This document shows positions 13,290 to 23,895 of a DNA stretch of 64,000 bases, one piece after another. A program made the position numbers and the translations under genes. The DNA comes from Octopus sinensis (Eukaryota). Positions within the stretch are counted from its first letter, which is position 1. Each line of letters begins with the position of its first letter. The notes below the pieces were generated by a model that saw only the letters and a list, made by a program, of their open reading frames with translations, ran no database searches and was not told where the DNA came from. The stretch covers positions 36,146,001 to 36,210,000 of the forward strand of contig NC_043004.1 in the NCBI RefSeq assembly GCF_006345805.1, in the 5' to 3' direction.

Positions 13290-13765
13290 GAGCGACTAAC
13301 CGGCTTCTGTGCCAGTGGCACATAAAAGGCACCATTCGAGTGTGATCGTTACCAGCTTCGCCTTACTGGCACTTGTGCTCCATGCTAGTAGGGTGCTAAG
13401 AGCACCATCCAAGCATGATCGTTGCCAGAGCAGCTAACTGGCTTCCGTGCTGGTGGCATGTAAGAGGCACCATTTGAGCGGATCGGTAACAGCATCGCCT
13501 TACTGGCACCTGTGCCGTTGGTATGTGTAAAAAGATTTGAGCGAGGTCGTTGCCAGTACCACCTGACTGGCCCCTGTGCCAGTGGCATGTAAAAAGCACC
13601 CACTACACTCTCGGAGTGGCTAGCGTTAGGAAGGGCATCCAGCCATAGAAACTCTGCCAAATCAAGACTGGAGCCTGGTGCAGCCATGTGGTTCGCCAGC
13701 CCTCAGTCAAACCATCCAACCCATGCTAGGATGGAAAGCGGACGTTAAACGATGATGATGATGAT
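13290..13765 (+). mobile_element. Family D SINE-like repeat with five internal ~65-bp hairpin units
   Basis: Units start at 13309, 13375, 13447, 13512 and 13576, then the conserved body GCGTTAGGAAGGGCATCCAGCC..CCCATGCTAG.ATGGAAAGCGGACGTTAAAC and (GAT)n. Confidence 0.85.
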
Positions 13766-15761
13766 ATAACATATACAGCATATAAACCATATATAACTGA
13801 CATATACATCAAGTACAAGATATACATATTTCCATTATTTAAAACTCTTGCTATGAAGGATGAGCAATTTTTATGAAGAATTCATTGCATGTGATTGGTA
13901 GATTGCCATTTTTGTGTCTTCCTCTTATCATTATCTTTGTACTAAACATCTAATAAACAAGCAGATCACATTTCCTGAGTCAGTTTACTCAGCTGTAAAC
14001 AGGCCCCACAAGGTAGGAGCAATGCACACACAGTGAAAGCATTACATATATTTTGATGTTCATTTCTCAGTGACTTGTATTTTTATAGCTTGTAATACAT
14101 ATTTCAAAACCTGCCCTGAAATAATAGCTGTAGTTTATTTTTGACAATAATATAGGTTCATAAATTTGCTGGAGCACTACATTAACCATCTTTCTTTAAA
14201 AATAGGATTAATGTGAGGAGGAAAGGTAGCACCCGCGATTTTTTTTTTTTTTTTTTTTTTTTTTTACCAAAGTGGAGAGAAAGAAATTATCCTAAAGCCA
14301 AAGATCTGGCCCTGATGTTTGAAATGGAGCAAAATCCATCAAAAGCCACTCAAGAGTCAGATGATAGCATTAATATTCAAATGGCAGTTTAAGTTTCCCA
14401 CAAGTATATACACCTGGAAGAATCTACTTAATTAGTTCTGGATAAACAAAAAGAATATTGAATCCTGGTTGGATCTGAAATTGATATATCAGAGGACACC
14501 CGAAAATCTTGTTTAATGTAACATATCAGCATCTCTACCAATGGAAACTAAAGCCAAGTGCAAAGTAGTTTGACAGAATTTAATAAAATGTACAGTGCTA
14601 ATTCCAGCAGCCAGGATAGATGGAGGTTAAGAAGTGGTTTAAGATCACAGTTTTATGGAACTATTAATCTAGAAAGCTATTTTTTAAAAGGATATGCAGT
14701 TTAGGGAACTGTGATGTTATTTTGGGTTGGAACTGCAACCAAAGATCAATGAGAATGACTCTGATCAAGATTATGGTAATGCTTTATTATGAGAGGACAT
14801 ATTAAGGAAAAACAGATAAACATCTCTGCTTGCATGGTTTTATTTATTCTTTTTAGCTTCTTTTGGATAGGAAAGAATGCTTGGCTTATTTTCTATAGAT
14901 TAATTTCTGAAAAGAATACAGTTTATGTCTTGAATAGAGAGAAGAAAATAAAATGGAAAAAGAAGAATGATGGAAAATCTTACAGGATGGCACTATTTGG
15001 GTAAGTGGATGGGTGGGTATTTTGTATAGCATTTAGAATGACATTTACATATATAGTCATTGTTTGGTAAAGTTGGGTGGGGGGTCTAGGTTAGGCGAGT
15101 GACAGGAACGAGAAAATATAACAAAAGATATTTAGTAACAGATGCAAAAGGATGGGGGTGGGGGTGTATGTCTACTGAGTGGATAGTAGTGGCACTAGCA
15201 ATGGCACTAGAAACTTCAGCTGGAATATCAATAGCTGCAGTAAGAGTGGTAGCAGTAGCAGACGATGTAGCAGCAGCAGCAGTAGCATCATTATAAACGG
15301 TGTAGAAGCAGAGTTAATCGATGAAGAGAGTGAGAAAGAAGAGAGATAAAAGTGTGGCTCGATTCATTGATCCTTGAACCGGACGGTAGCATGACATCGA
15401 TTAAGTCAGGAGACAGAGGAGATTAAATAAAAGCATTTGAAAAATTCCAATAAAGAAAAGCATCTATCTTCGTCTTCCTCTCAGCTATATCTCTTTAAAT
15501 ATTCAACTGGTGTAGCTGTAAACAGGTTGATCTTCAGAAATACTGAACTACAAAACCCACTTAGTCGATACCTATTTTATTTGTATGTAAAGTTTGCTTG
15601 AGAGGAAGAAAATATGATTTACAATGGTACGCTGTATATGTTTCATGGCTGGATGAATTGTTACAGAGATAAGAGCAATGCAGGAATTGATGCTGGTCAG
15701 TAAGAAGTCCAGAAACTACAGATCAGCAGTTCAAATTCATACATACCTCAGCGAATAATAA

Positions 15762-16102
15762 TCTATAATATAAATTGGACACGGGCAAGCTTTGTATTCT
15801 TTCTTGTCTTGAGGTTCACAGCCAAACGGCTGGGTGGATTCGCATGAAAAATGGCACACATATGGAGACGGATGTATAGATTGGAATGCAGTTTGTATTT
15901 TTTCCCTAGCCCCCGTAGTTACCGAGAAAATAGATTAAAACTTTTTTAATGGAATTCCCTCACCAACATACATAACCTCTCTCTCCTTTTCTCTGTTACT
16001 CGCTCACACATTCTCTCACTATAACAAGTGAATAATGAAATTTCAGTTAACTCTCTCGCTCATATTGCACACCCCATCAAACACACACACACACTCTCTC
16101 TT

Positions 16103-16133
<31 letters not shown>

Positions 16134-16292
16134 TGCTCTCTCTCTCTCTCTCTCTCTCTCACTCACACACACACACACACACATACACACTCTCTCTCTC
16201 TCACACACACTCACGTACACATGTCAATTCTTCCAAAACGATCACACGCACATCATCCAAACAGACCGGTTGAAACCGGGCTTAACTGCTAG
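15762..16292 (+). mobile_element. Complete non-autonomous Helitron
   Basis: Starts TC(TATAATATAAA) after A15761. Contains CAGCCAAACGGCTGGGTGGATTCGCATGAAAAATGGCAC and internal (CT)/(CA) repeats. Hairpin CCGGT-TGAA-ACCGG at 16266-16279, ends CTAG at 16289-16292 before T. These are the canonical A|TC...CTAG|T Helitron ends. Confidence 0.82.
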
Positions 16293-16709
16293 TATATATA
16301 TATATATATATATATATACAAGTACTGCATTTCTGTTCACAGTGTCAGTTAATTCCTCTTTAGGACTACCTCTAGTTGCCATTTAGACTTTTGCAGTTAA
16401 AAAGAGAGTTTTTTTTTATTTATGGAATATGAGAGGAAACAGTCAGTTTACCCATCTAACCCTATTTTAACAGCTGAACATTATAAATCTAGAAAAGTGA
16501 CCACTGACACATTTGATGAAAGATGACATTTGTTGGACAATCTTCAGGATTTAATTACTGGGCCTCTTGTAGTTTAGCCACAAAATAATTTCTTACAATG
16601 TGACTACATAGTCTTATGAAGTGGTACTTTATTCTCAACTGTTGAAACCCCTATGGTTCATCGACGGGTTATCTTCTCACAACGTACTTATTATATATGT
16701 TTATAAAAC

Positions 16710-16907
16710 CTGTTGTGTCTGGGGAGAGTCATTTTCTTTTTGTGCCTTATAGTGTAACACACTCACAGGTAAAATTTCAGGACTATTGAAAAGGTTGCAA
16801 GACACAACAAAAATTTTAAGAAAATAAAAATATGAAAAAAAAGTGGAAATTTTACCAGTGAGTGTGTTAAGGCACAAAAAGAAAATGACTCTCCGCAGAC
16901 ACAACAG
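16710..16907. repeat. Inverted repeat (arms 16710-16778 and 16846-16907) in a dispersed repeat family
   Basis: Arms match apart from two substitutions and a ~7-nt indel. Relatives at about 23770-23860, 38720-38830 and 45855-45910. Confidence 0.85.
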
Positions 16908-17143
16908 AATATGCTTCAATACACGAAATCCTATAAAGAATCTTGCAAACCAAATCCAGAAACGAAATATTTATAAAACCTGTTATGTATGATTTCTCCC
17001 CAGATTTATTCATAAACATGCTGTGTTGGTAATTCTGTTATCAATTATAAAGATTACTGGTGCCTTAACATAGCTTTGTTCCAATGTTATATGTCAGAAT
17101 GTTTATTATACACAAGCATTTGTATGTATGTGTGTAATGATTA

Positions 17144-17184
<41 letters not shown>

Positions 17185-17689
17185 CTGTTATCCCTCAGTT
17201 TTAGGGACAACTTTAGCTCCTTAGTCTTGCAAGTTCTGAAGCAATCATCACTTATGATGGTGCCATAAAAGTAAAGTGGTTGGCATTAATTAGGAATGGT
17301 AGGCAATGATAGAAACAATGACCAAAGTAGACATTGATGCCTGATGCAGTCCCCTGGTCCATCTGATCTTGTCAAACCATCCAACTGATGCCAGCACAAA
17401 AGACAGAAATTCAATGATGGTGACTGATGTCATCATCATCATCATTGCAGTTAATGTCTGTGTCCATGCTGGCATAGAACGTGTGTGTGTGTGTGTAAGT
17501 GTGTGTGAGTGTGTGTGTGTGTGAGTACACTCACTCATACATGTGTGCTTGCTAAAATAGTGGGGTAAGATACACCACTACCCCCCACCCCCATACTTAC
17601 CATTCGTTCTGTATTCTCATCAGCCGATGACCTCTTCTACTCATAAAATTCAATGAGTAAACCAGACTAAATCTCACCAAACATTCTAC

Positions 17690-17806
17690 CTTCATGAATG
17701 TCACCAACATTGGTAGGACTAATGACTTATATTCCTGGCTGATTGATGATACACAGAAAAGCTTTGTTGTGTGCTGGATTAAAGCTGCTTCAGTGAAACA
17801 TGATCT
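17690..17806 (-). CDS. Candidate internal exon of a host gene (RSCFTEAALIQHTTKLFCVSSISQEYKSLVLPMLVTFMK)
   Basis: Pyrimidine-rich acceptor ttgtcacttttctcacataacag, 117 nt open in phase 0/0, donor AAG|GTAGAA, non-repetitive sequence. No homology confirmed. Confidence 0.42.
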
Positions 17807-18099
17807 CTGTTATGTGAGAAAAGTGACAACTAATAGGAAAGGAATTCCTGTTTCAGTGAACCATGATGGCCAGCCTAACTGTTAACTTCAACACACTCAT
17901 CGAAGTCACTTAATGTGTCTTGTTTGATTAATAAATGACTGATGTATTAACAGGGTTTTAATTCATTGCTATACTATATACTACAGACTATATTGATGTT
18001 CTATAGTATATATTCTATACATTTTAGAACATAACTATAATCAATAATAAATATCCTTTACCTTTGAGACTTTGTCTATATTCTGTAATCATTATCATT

Positions 18100-18470
18100 A
18101 TTATCATCATCATCATCATTTAACATCCACTTTCCATGCTGGCATGGGTTGGACAGTTTGACTGAGAACTGGCAAGTCATGAGGCTCCACCAAGCTCCAA
18201 TCTGATTTAGCAAGGTTTCTACAGCTGGATGCCCTTCCTAATGCCAAACTGAGAGTGTAGTGGGTGCTTTTAAGTGCCACCGGCATAGGAGCCAGTCAGG
18301 TGGCACTGGCATCAGCCATGCTCGAATGGTGCTTTTTATGTGCCAGTCAGGCAGCACTGGCATTGGTCACACTCAGATGGGGCTTTTACATGTCACTGGC
18401 ACGGGTACCAGTCAGGTGCCACTGGCATCAGCCATGCTTGAACAGTGCATTTTACATGCCACCGATATGT
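18100..18470 (-). mobile_element. Family D SINE-like repeat
   Basis: (CAT)n tail, conserved body, and about three hairpin units at 18260-18470. Confidence 0.8.
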
Positions 18471-19161
18471 AACTTACAGATTATATGAAATAGCTATGCA
18501 AACATCATATTTTTATGTTCCTTAACCCCGTAAACAGATGAAGAGAAAATTTCAATCCTGTAGTTAGGTTTTACTAGAATTAAGTATCATCCTTAACTAT
18601 TTACAGAGCCACTGTTTATGCACCTATTATTATTAATGGCTTAACTAAACTTGAGAGACCAATTTGCATATATAATACATTCTTGGCAGTTAAATCAGTT
18701 TAAATTACTGCATTAACTGTGTTTTATTTGAATACTATACTACAGAATACATTTATAGAATTTCGCTTACACTATATGTAACAAACAGATGTAAACACTT
18801 TGTTTCTATATATTATATCTTTGTGGAGAGAAAAGAAAGGGATGAGCCAGATTAGTTTCAAGCTGGCACTGGGACTTCATTTGAAACTGCGTACCCATCT
18901 TAACTGTCCATGGATAGACTGCTTAAAAAACCAGTGTAACATGACCTCTGCCAACTGACTTAACAGTAAAAGAGAATATACTGTCTGTGAACAATTATAA
19001 ACTATGATATTGTGTGTATATATGATATATAACTATGATATTGTATATATATATTTATATATATATATATAGGGAGAGTTTACGAAAAAAACAAAGGACG
19101 AAGACAGGTGGTGTACAAAACAAACAGATGTATTAGAATAACGCTCAGGAATAGAAAAAGT

Positions 19162-19197
19162 CTTTTACGTTTCGAGCCTACGCTCTTCTACAGAAGG
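19162..19197 (-). ncRNA. Minimal hammerhead-like motif in a Penelope-like remnant
   Basis: Minus strand CTGTAGA-A-GAGC-GTAG-GCTC-GAAAC-GTA. Stem II is perfect and ACGT is palindromic, but the core has T at A6 and stem I is only 2 bp. Confidence 0.4.
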
Positions 19198-19270
19198 GGA
19201 CACAGAAAAAACAAGGAGAGAAAAAAATGTGTGTAGTGGCTAACGATCTATCATATATATATATATATAT

Positions 19271-19680
19271 AGGCGTAGGAGTGGCTGTGTGGTAAGTAGC
19301 TTGCTTACCAACCACATGGTTCTGGGTTCAGTCCCACTGCATGGCACCTTGGGCAAGTGTCTTCTACTATAGCCTCAGGCTGACCAAAGCCTTGTGAGTG
19401 GATTTGGTAGATGGAAACTGAAAGAAGCCTGTCGTATATATGTCGTATATAAATATGTATGTGTGTGTCTGTGTTTGTCCCCCCCCTCCCGCAACATCAC
19501 TTGACAACCGATGCTGGTGTGTTTACGTCCCTTAACTTAGCGGTTCGGCAAAAGAGATTGGTAGAATAAGTACTAGGCTTACAAAGAATATGTCCAGGGG
19601 TCGATTTGCTTGACTAAAGGCGGTGCTCCAGCATGGCCACAGTCAGATGGCTGAAACAAGTAAATGAGTAATGAGTAATA
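19271..19680 (+). mobile_element. Full-length tRNA-derived CORE-type SINE (family A)
   Basis: A/B boxes (TGGCTGTGTGGTAAG, GGTTCAGTCCC), CORE-like CACCTTGGGCAAGTG, 3' GGTGCTCCAGCATGGCC..TGAAAC and a short repeat tail. Confidence 0.9.
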
Positions 19681-19688
19681 TATATATA

Positions 19689-19994
19689 TCAGGTCATCCC
19701 ATATTTCTGTCCGATTTTATCTTTTTTAAAGTTGAATGAAATTTAATAGTATTTTAGAATGTCTAATGGAATTAAAATTTATTTTTATGCATTTGTGTAC
19801 ATTTAAACTAATTAAATATCATTTTACAGAATAATAGAATTAAAATTTCTTTGATTAAAACCCTTTCTAACATGGAAGTATCCAAAGAGCATTTGAGGCA
19901 CATAATGCTTTATGAGTACAAAAAAGGAAACTCTGCAGCTGAAGCGACTTGAAACATACACTCAGTTTATGGGAAAGAATGCTTGAATGAGTGA
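19689..19994 (+). mobile_element. Mariner 5' end with transposase N-terminal pseudogene fragment
   Basis: TA|TCAGGTCATCCC terminus. 19872-19994 encodes MEVSKEHLRHIMLYEYKKGNSAAEAT*NIHSVYGKECLNE* (mariner helix-turn-helix region). Confidence 0.85.
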
Positions 19995-20310
19995 ATGTTG
20001 ACTGGTGATACAGTATGGACAGATTTTCGAAATCTAATGATACCCTACATGCCTATTTGGTTATGAAATTTTACGAATACACTCTCTCAGGGAGACATGA
20101 TATACCTATCATTATGGATAATACTAAATGTACCTTTCGGATGTTTCATAGTGTGATGTAACTCTTTGGTATAACAATTGCATGCGGCTGAAAAGAGAGC
20201 TTTAAACCATCCTTTATGTCTATTATACACTGATGTAAGAATAGGTCATTTATAAAGCTTGAAACACGTGTGCCAAAACATCCTTTGTGTTCTGTTTTTG
20301 ATTTCATTTG

Positions 20311-20354
<44 letters not shown>

Positions 20355-20358
<4 letters not shown>

Positions 20359-20720
20359 AAGCGCAATGGCCCAGTGGTTAGGGTAGCGGACTCACAGTCG
20401 TAGGATCGCAGTTTCAATTCCCAGACCAGACGTTGGAGTGTTTATAGAGCAAAAACACCCAAAGCTCCACGAGGCTCCGACAGGGAGTGGTGGTGGACCC
20501 TGCTGTACTCTTTCACCACAACTTTCTCTCATTCTTTCTTCCTGTTTCTGTTTTACCTGTATTTCAAGGGGCCAGCCTTGTCACACTCTGGGTCACGCTG
20601 AATCTCCCCGAGAACTACATTAAGGGTACACATGTCTATGGAGTGCTCAGCCACTTGCACGTTAATTTCACAAGCAGGCTGTGCATGGTAAACAGATGTT
20701 AAATGATGATGATGATGAGG
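20355..20720 (+). mobile_element. Family B SINE body ending in a family D-type tail (chimeric)
   Basis: Matches 4321-4716 up to GCAGGCTGT, then GCATGGTAAACAGATGTTAAATGATGATG instead of the family B 3' end. Confidence 0.8.
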
Positions 20721-20809
20721 ATGATAATGATACATATATATATATAGGTATGTTTGTATGCACGTATACATGTGTGTGTGTATGCATGATTGTATATATA
20801 TATATATAT

Positions 20810-20880
20810 ATCATCGTTCATCATCGTTTAACGTCCGTTCTCCATGCTAGCATGGACGTTAAACGATGATGAACGATGAT
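20810..20880. repeat. Fold-back palindrome made from a family D tail
   Basis: Perfect 27-bp arms ATCATCGTTCATCATCGTTTAACGTCC / GGACGTTAAACGATGATGAACGATGAT around the native CCATGCTAGCATGG palindrome. Confidence 0.92.
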
Positions 20881-20911
20881 ATATATATGGGGGTGGGTGT
20901 ACTATATATAT

Positions 20912-20940
<29 letters not shown>

Positions 20941-20943
<3 letters not shown>

Positions 20944-22790
20944 AACTTAGATAAACTTAGATATGTTTCGACCAAAAATTGGTCCAGGCCATGTCTAACT
21001 TAATAGCACCACCTGATAGGATTATTCGAATCCTGTTTAAGTCAAGTTTTGTTTATAGTCCATTCAAGTAGTGAGTTCTTGTTGGGTGAGTTGTATCCAA
21101 TTATGGGTGGCTTATCTGGTATTCTTTGAAGGAATCTATCCAGACTCCGTTTAAAGTTGATGGGATCCTTTTCCTCTTTGATCTCTTTTGGGACAATGTT
21201 AAATAGGTCAGGGCCTGTTGAGGAAAAGAAATTATGTTGCAGTGTACATGTATGCTGTGATCTTAAATTGGGCTGGGGACGTATGGCCCGAGGTCCCAGT
21301 CTTGGATGAACCTTGAAGCTAATGTTCAGGTCGTTTGGGCAATGTTGGCGGTACATTCTCCACATCGTACAAATGATGTACCGCTCATGGCGACGCTGGA
21401 GAGAGTAAAGTTTCAAGGCTTTAAGGTGATCCCAATAATCGAGAGCAGCCATGGCTTCAATTCGTTTAGTGAGTGCCCTCTGGGGTGACTCAATCCTCGA
21501 GATGTTTTGTCTTGTATGGGGAGACCACAGTGGGCAGCAGTATTCGAGGTGTGGCCATACAAAGGAGGAGAAAAGTGGTATGATGACACCTTGTTCTCTG
21601 GACCGGAAAGTTCTTAAGATCCAGGAACTCATCCTACGAGCTATATCGACTTTCATGTTGATGTGTGCACTCCAACTGAGATTGTCATCAACAATTACAC
21701 CCAGGTCTCTGATATTGTTAGAGGCTGTGAGCGGTTCCCCTGAAGGAAGAGAGTATGGCTGTTTTAGTGAGGAATTTCTTCAAAAATGCATCAGCTCAAA
21801 TTTTCCCTCATTCAGTTGCATTTTGTTTCTGTCTGCCCATTGACTCACAGCATATAGATCAGACTGGAGTTGAGTTCAGTCTGCTTCTTCATTGACGATT
21901 TGCTGGAGCTTAGTGTCATCAGCAAATATTTTCACTTTGCAGTAATGTACGACACTGGAAAGGTCGTTTATGTAAATTATGAAGAGTAGCGGACCCAAGA
22001 CAGTCCCCTGGGGGACACCGCTGGTGACTTTTGCTGGGCTTGATGGACCCCATCAACTACAACATTTTGTGTTCTATTCGCCAGGAAATACTTAATCTAG
22101 TGTAGAACTTTTCTATGGATTCCAACATTTACCAATTTTGAGAGTAGGATATTATGGTCTACCCTGTCGAACGCTTTACTGAAGTCAAGATATATGACGT
22201 CAGAGTTCGAACCTGTTCCCAAGGCTTTGAGTACATCTTCAATGTGGTGTAGGAGCTGTGTTAGACAGTCCCTGCCAAAGCGAAAGCCATGCTGATTTGC
22301 ATTTAGGAGTTTGTGGGTCTCCAGGAAGTCAGCTATTTTTGATCTTAACACTCTTTCAAACACTTTCATGATGTGGGAAGTGAGTGAGATTGGGCGATAG
22401 TTGAGTGCGAGGGATCTGTTTCCCTGTTTGAAAACTGGGATGACTGACTGGGATAGAAACTGTTTTGGTATATAACCTGCGGCTAACAAATTTCTCCAGA
22501 GGTTGGTCAGAGGGACTGCAAGTTGGTGTCTACATTCCTTCAGGAGACTAGCGGGGAATCTATCAGGGCCTACAGCAGAGTAGTATTTGACCTCATTTAT
22601 TGCTGCTACGATGTCAGTGGCAGTGAAGGTTATGTCTGAGATTTTATGTTGGGAGTCAGCTTCGTTCACTTCTCTTACGTCAATATCAGTGGGAACACTA
22701 AAGACAGAGCAGTATTTCTGCCATTTCTTTAGCATCGTGTTGGGGAATGCCGTTATCATCAATCAATGGCCCAATGGGAGTAATCCTAAT
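20941..22790 (-). pseudogene. Decayed 5'-truncated CR1-group LINE (RT and C-terminus, second family)
   Basis: [46 protein letters not shown] (21915-21926), PHLEYCCPLWSP. Several stops and frameshifts. The 3' tail is (CTAAGTTTAT)2. Confidence 0.93.
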
Positions 22791-23169
22791 AGATATATTT
22801 GTGCAATCAGTCATAGGGTTAAAGACCTTGGTGGCTGGTGAGGAATCTGACTGGAAATGTATTCCACATTTGAAAATGTCTTTAAGCACTTTGAATTAAT
22901 TTTGATCTGTAATTAACGAAATTTTAAAAATCTAGTAATTAATTTTTATACTAATTAATAATGAAAGTAAATAGAAGTACCCTTAATTTTAGATTAGTAG
23001 AGCTGTCAAATTTTATTGGCTTATACCTCATTTGCATATGGGAAAGTAATTTAACTAATTCCCAATTAGAATAATTTGGGGAAGGGTGGCAACTACAAAG
23101 GGAGGCCTGCTGCATGAAAACATAATAGTAAAGTTTATGATAACATGTTTAAGAATCATGAAATTTTAT

Positions 23170-23340
23170 TGTATACGCTGTTGAGTGATGGGTGTTAAAA
23201 GCGGCCATCCAACCATAGAAACGATGCTACAGCAGACATTGGAACACCACACAGCCCTGTGTTGCTTTGAATCCTGTCAAACCCTCCAACCAAGCCAGCA
23301 TATAAGATAGACATATAAGATGATGATGGTGATGATGATG
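23170..23340 (+). mobile_element. Decayed family D 3' fragment
   Basis: GTTAAAAGCGGCCATCCAACC..CCAAGCCAGCAT and a (GAT)n tail. Confidence 0.6.
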
Positions 23341-23394
<54 letters not shown>

Positions 23395-23596
23395 ATGCAT
23401 ATATATATATAATGTAATAAATAGAAATATATGCATACATACAAACATATATGTACGTACCTACATCTACATGTATATATACATGCATATATAAATAAAT
23501 ATACGTGAGTACAGGACACCACAACAAGACATAGAAACGGGAAAAACAAAGATTTACAACAAGAAAACAAGTACAGGACATGCTACACAAGGAAAA

Positions 23597-23712
23597 ATCC
23601 ACCGTCATCAGCTGTCGCTAGTTGGACTCAAGCGTATTTCGAAGGCTGCCTTCGAAACACGCTTGAGTCCAACTAGCGACAGCTGATTACGGTGGATCTT
23701 ATCCACCGTCAT
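23597..23712. repeat. Near-perfect 101-bp palindrome plus 12-bp direct repeat
   Basis: Arms 23597-23646 and 23648-23697 (48/50 match), 1-nt loop. ATCCACCGTCAT is repeated at 23701-23712. Confidence 0.93.
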
Positions 23713-23727
23713 ATATATATGTATATA

Positions 23728-23766
<39 letters not shown>

Positions 23767-23823
23767 GTTTAAATATTTGTTGTGCAAGATTTTTTTATGT
23801 GAAATCGTGTGTTGAAACAGATA

Positions 23824-23895
23824 TTGTTATATTTCGGAATGGTCATATTGCCAGTTTAGCCAAACTGGCAATATGACCATTCCGAAATATAACAA
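23824..23895. repeat. Perfect 34-bp-arm palindrome
   Basis: TTGTTATATTTCGGAATGGTCATATTGCCAGTTT-agcc-AAACTGGCAATATGACCATTCCGAAATATAACAA. Confidence 0.95.

Noticed and set aside
13309-13600. CRISPR-like look of the repeated GTGCC..GGCAC..AAAAGCACC units
   Set aside because: The repeats are degenerate, the intervening parts are homologous to each other rather than unique spacers, there are no cas genes, and the context is a eukaryotic dispersed repeat.
14260-14760. Possible very old LINE RT remnant (SGPD, GLRS, NLESYF-like motifs)
   Set aside because: Motifs are too degraded and out of frame to support a call by eye.
19271-19345. tRNA genes at SINE heads (also 4640-4716, 20355-20430, 46935-47010)
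   Set aside because: A/B boxes are present but there is no complete cloverleaf, and each continues into a SINE body.
21451-21843. Antisense ORFs over LINEs (also 9923-10222, 10862-11164, 22587-22841)
   Set aside because: Shadow ORFs of RT coding sequence, with no independent evidence.
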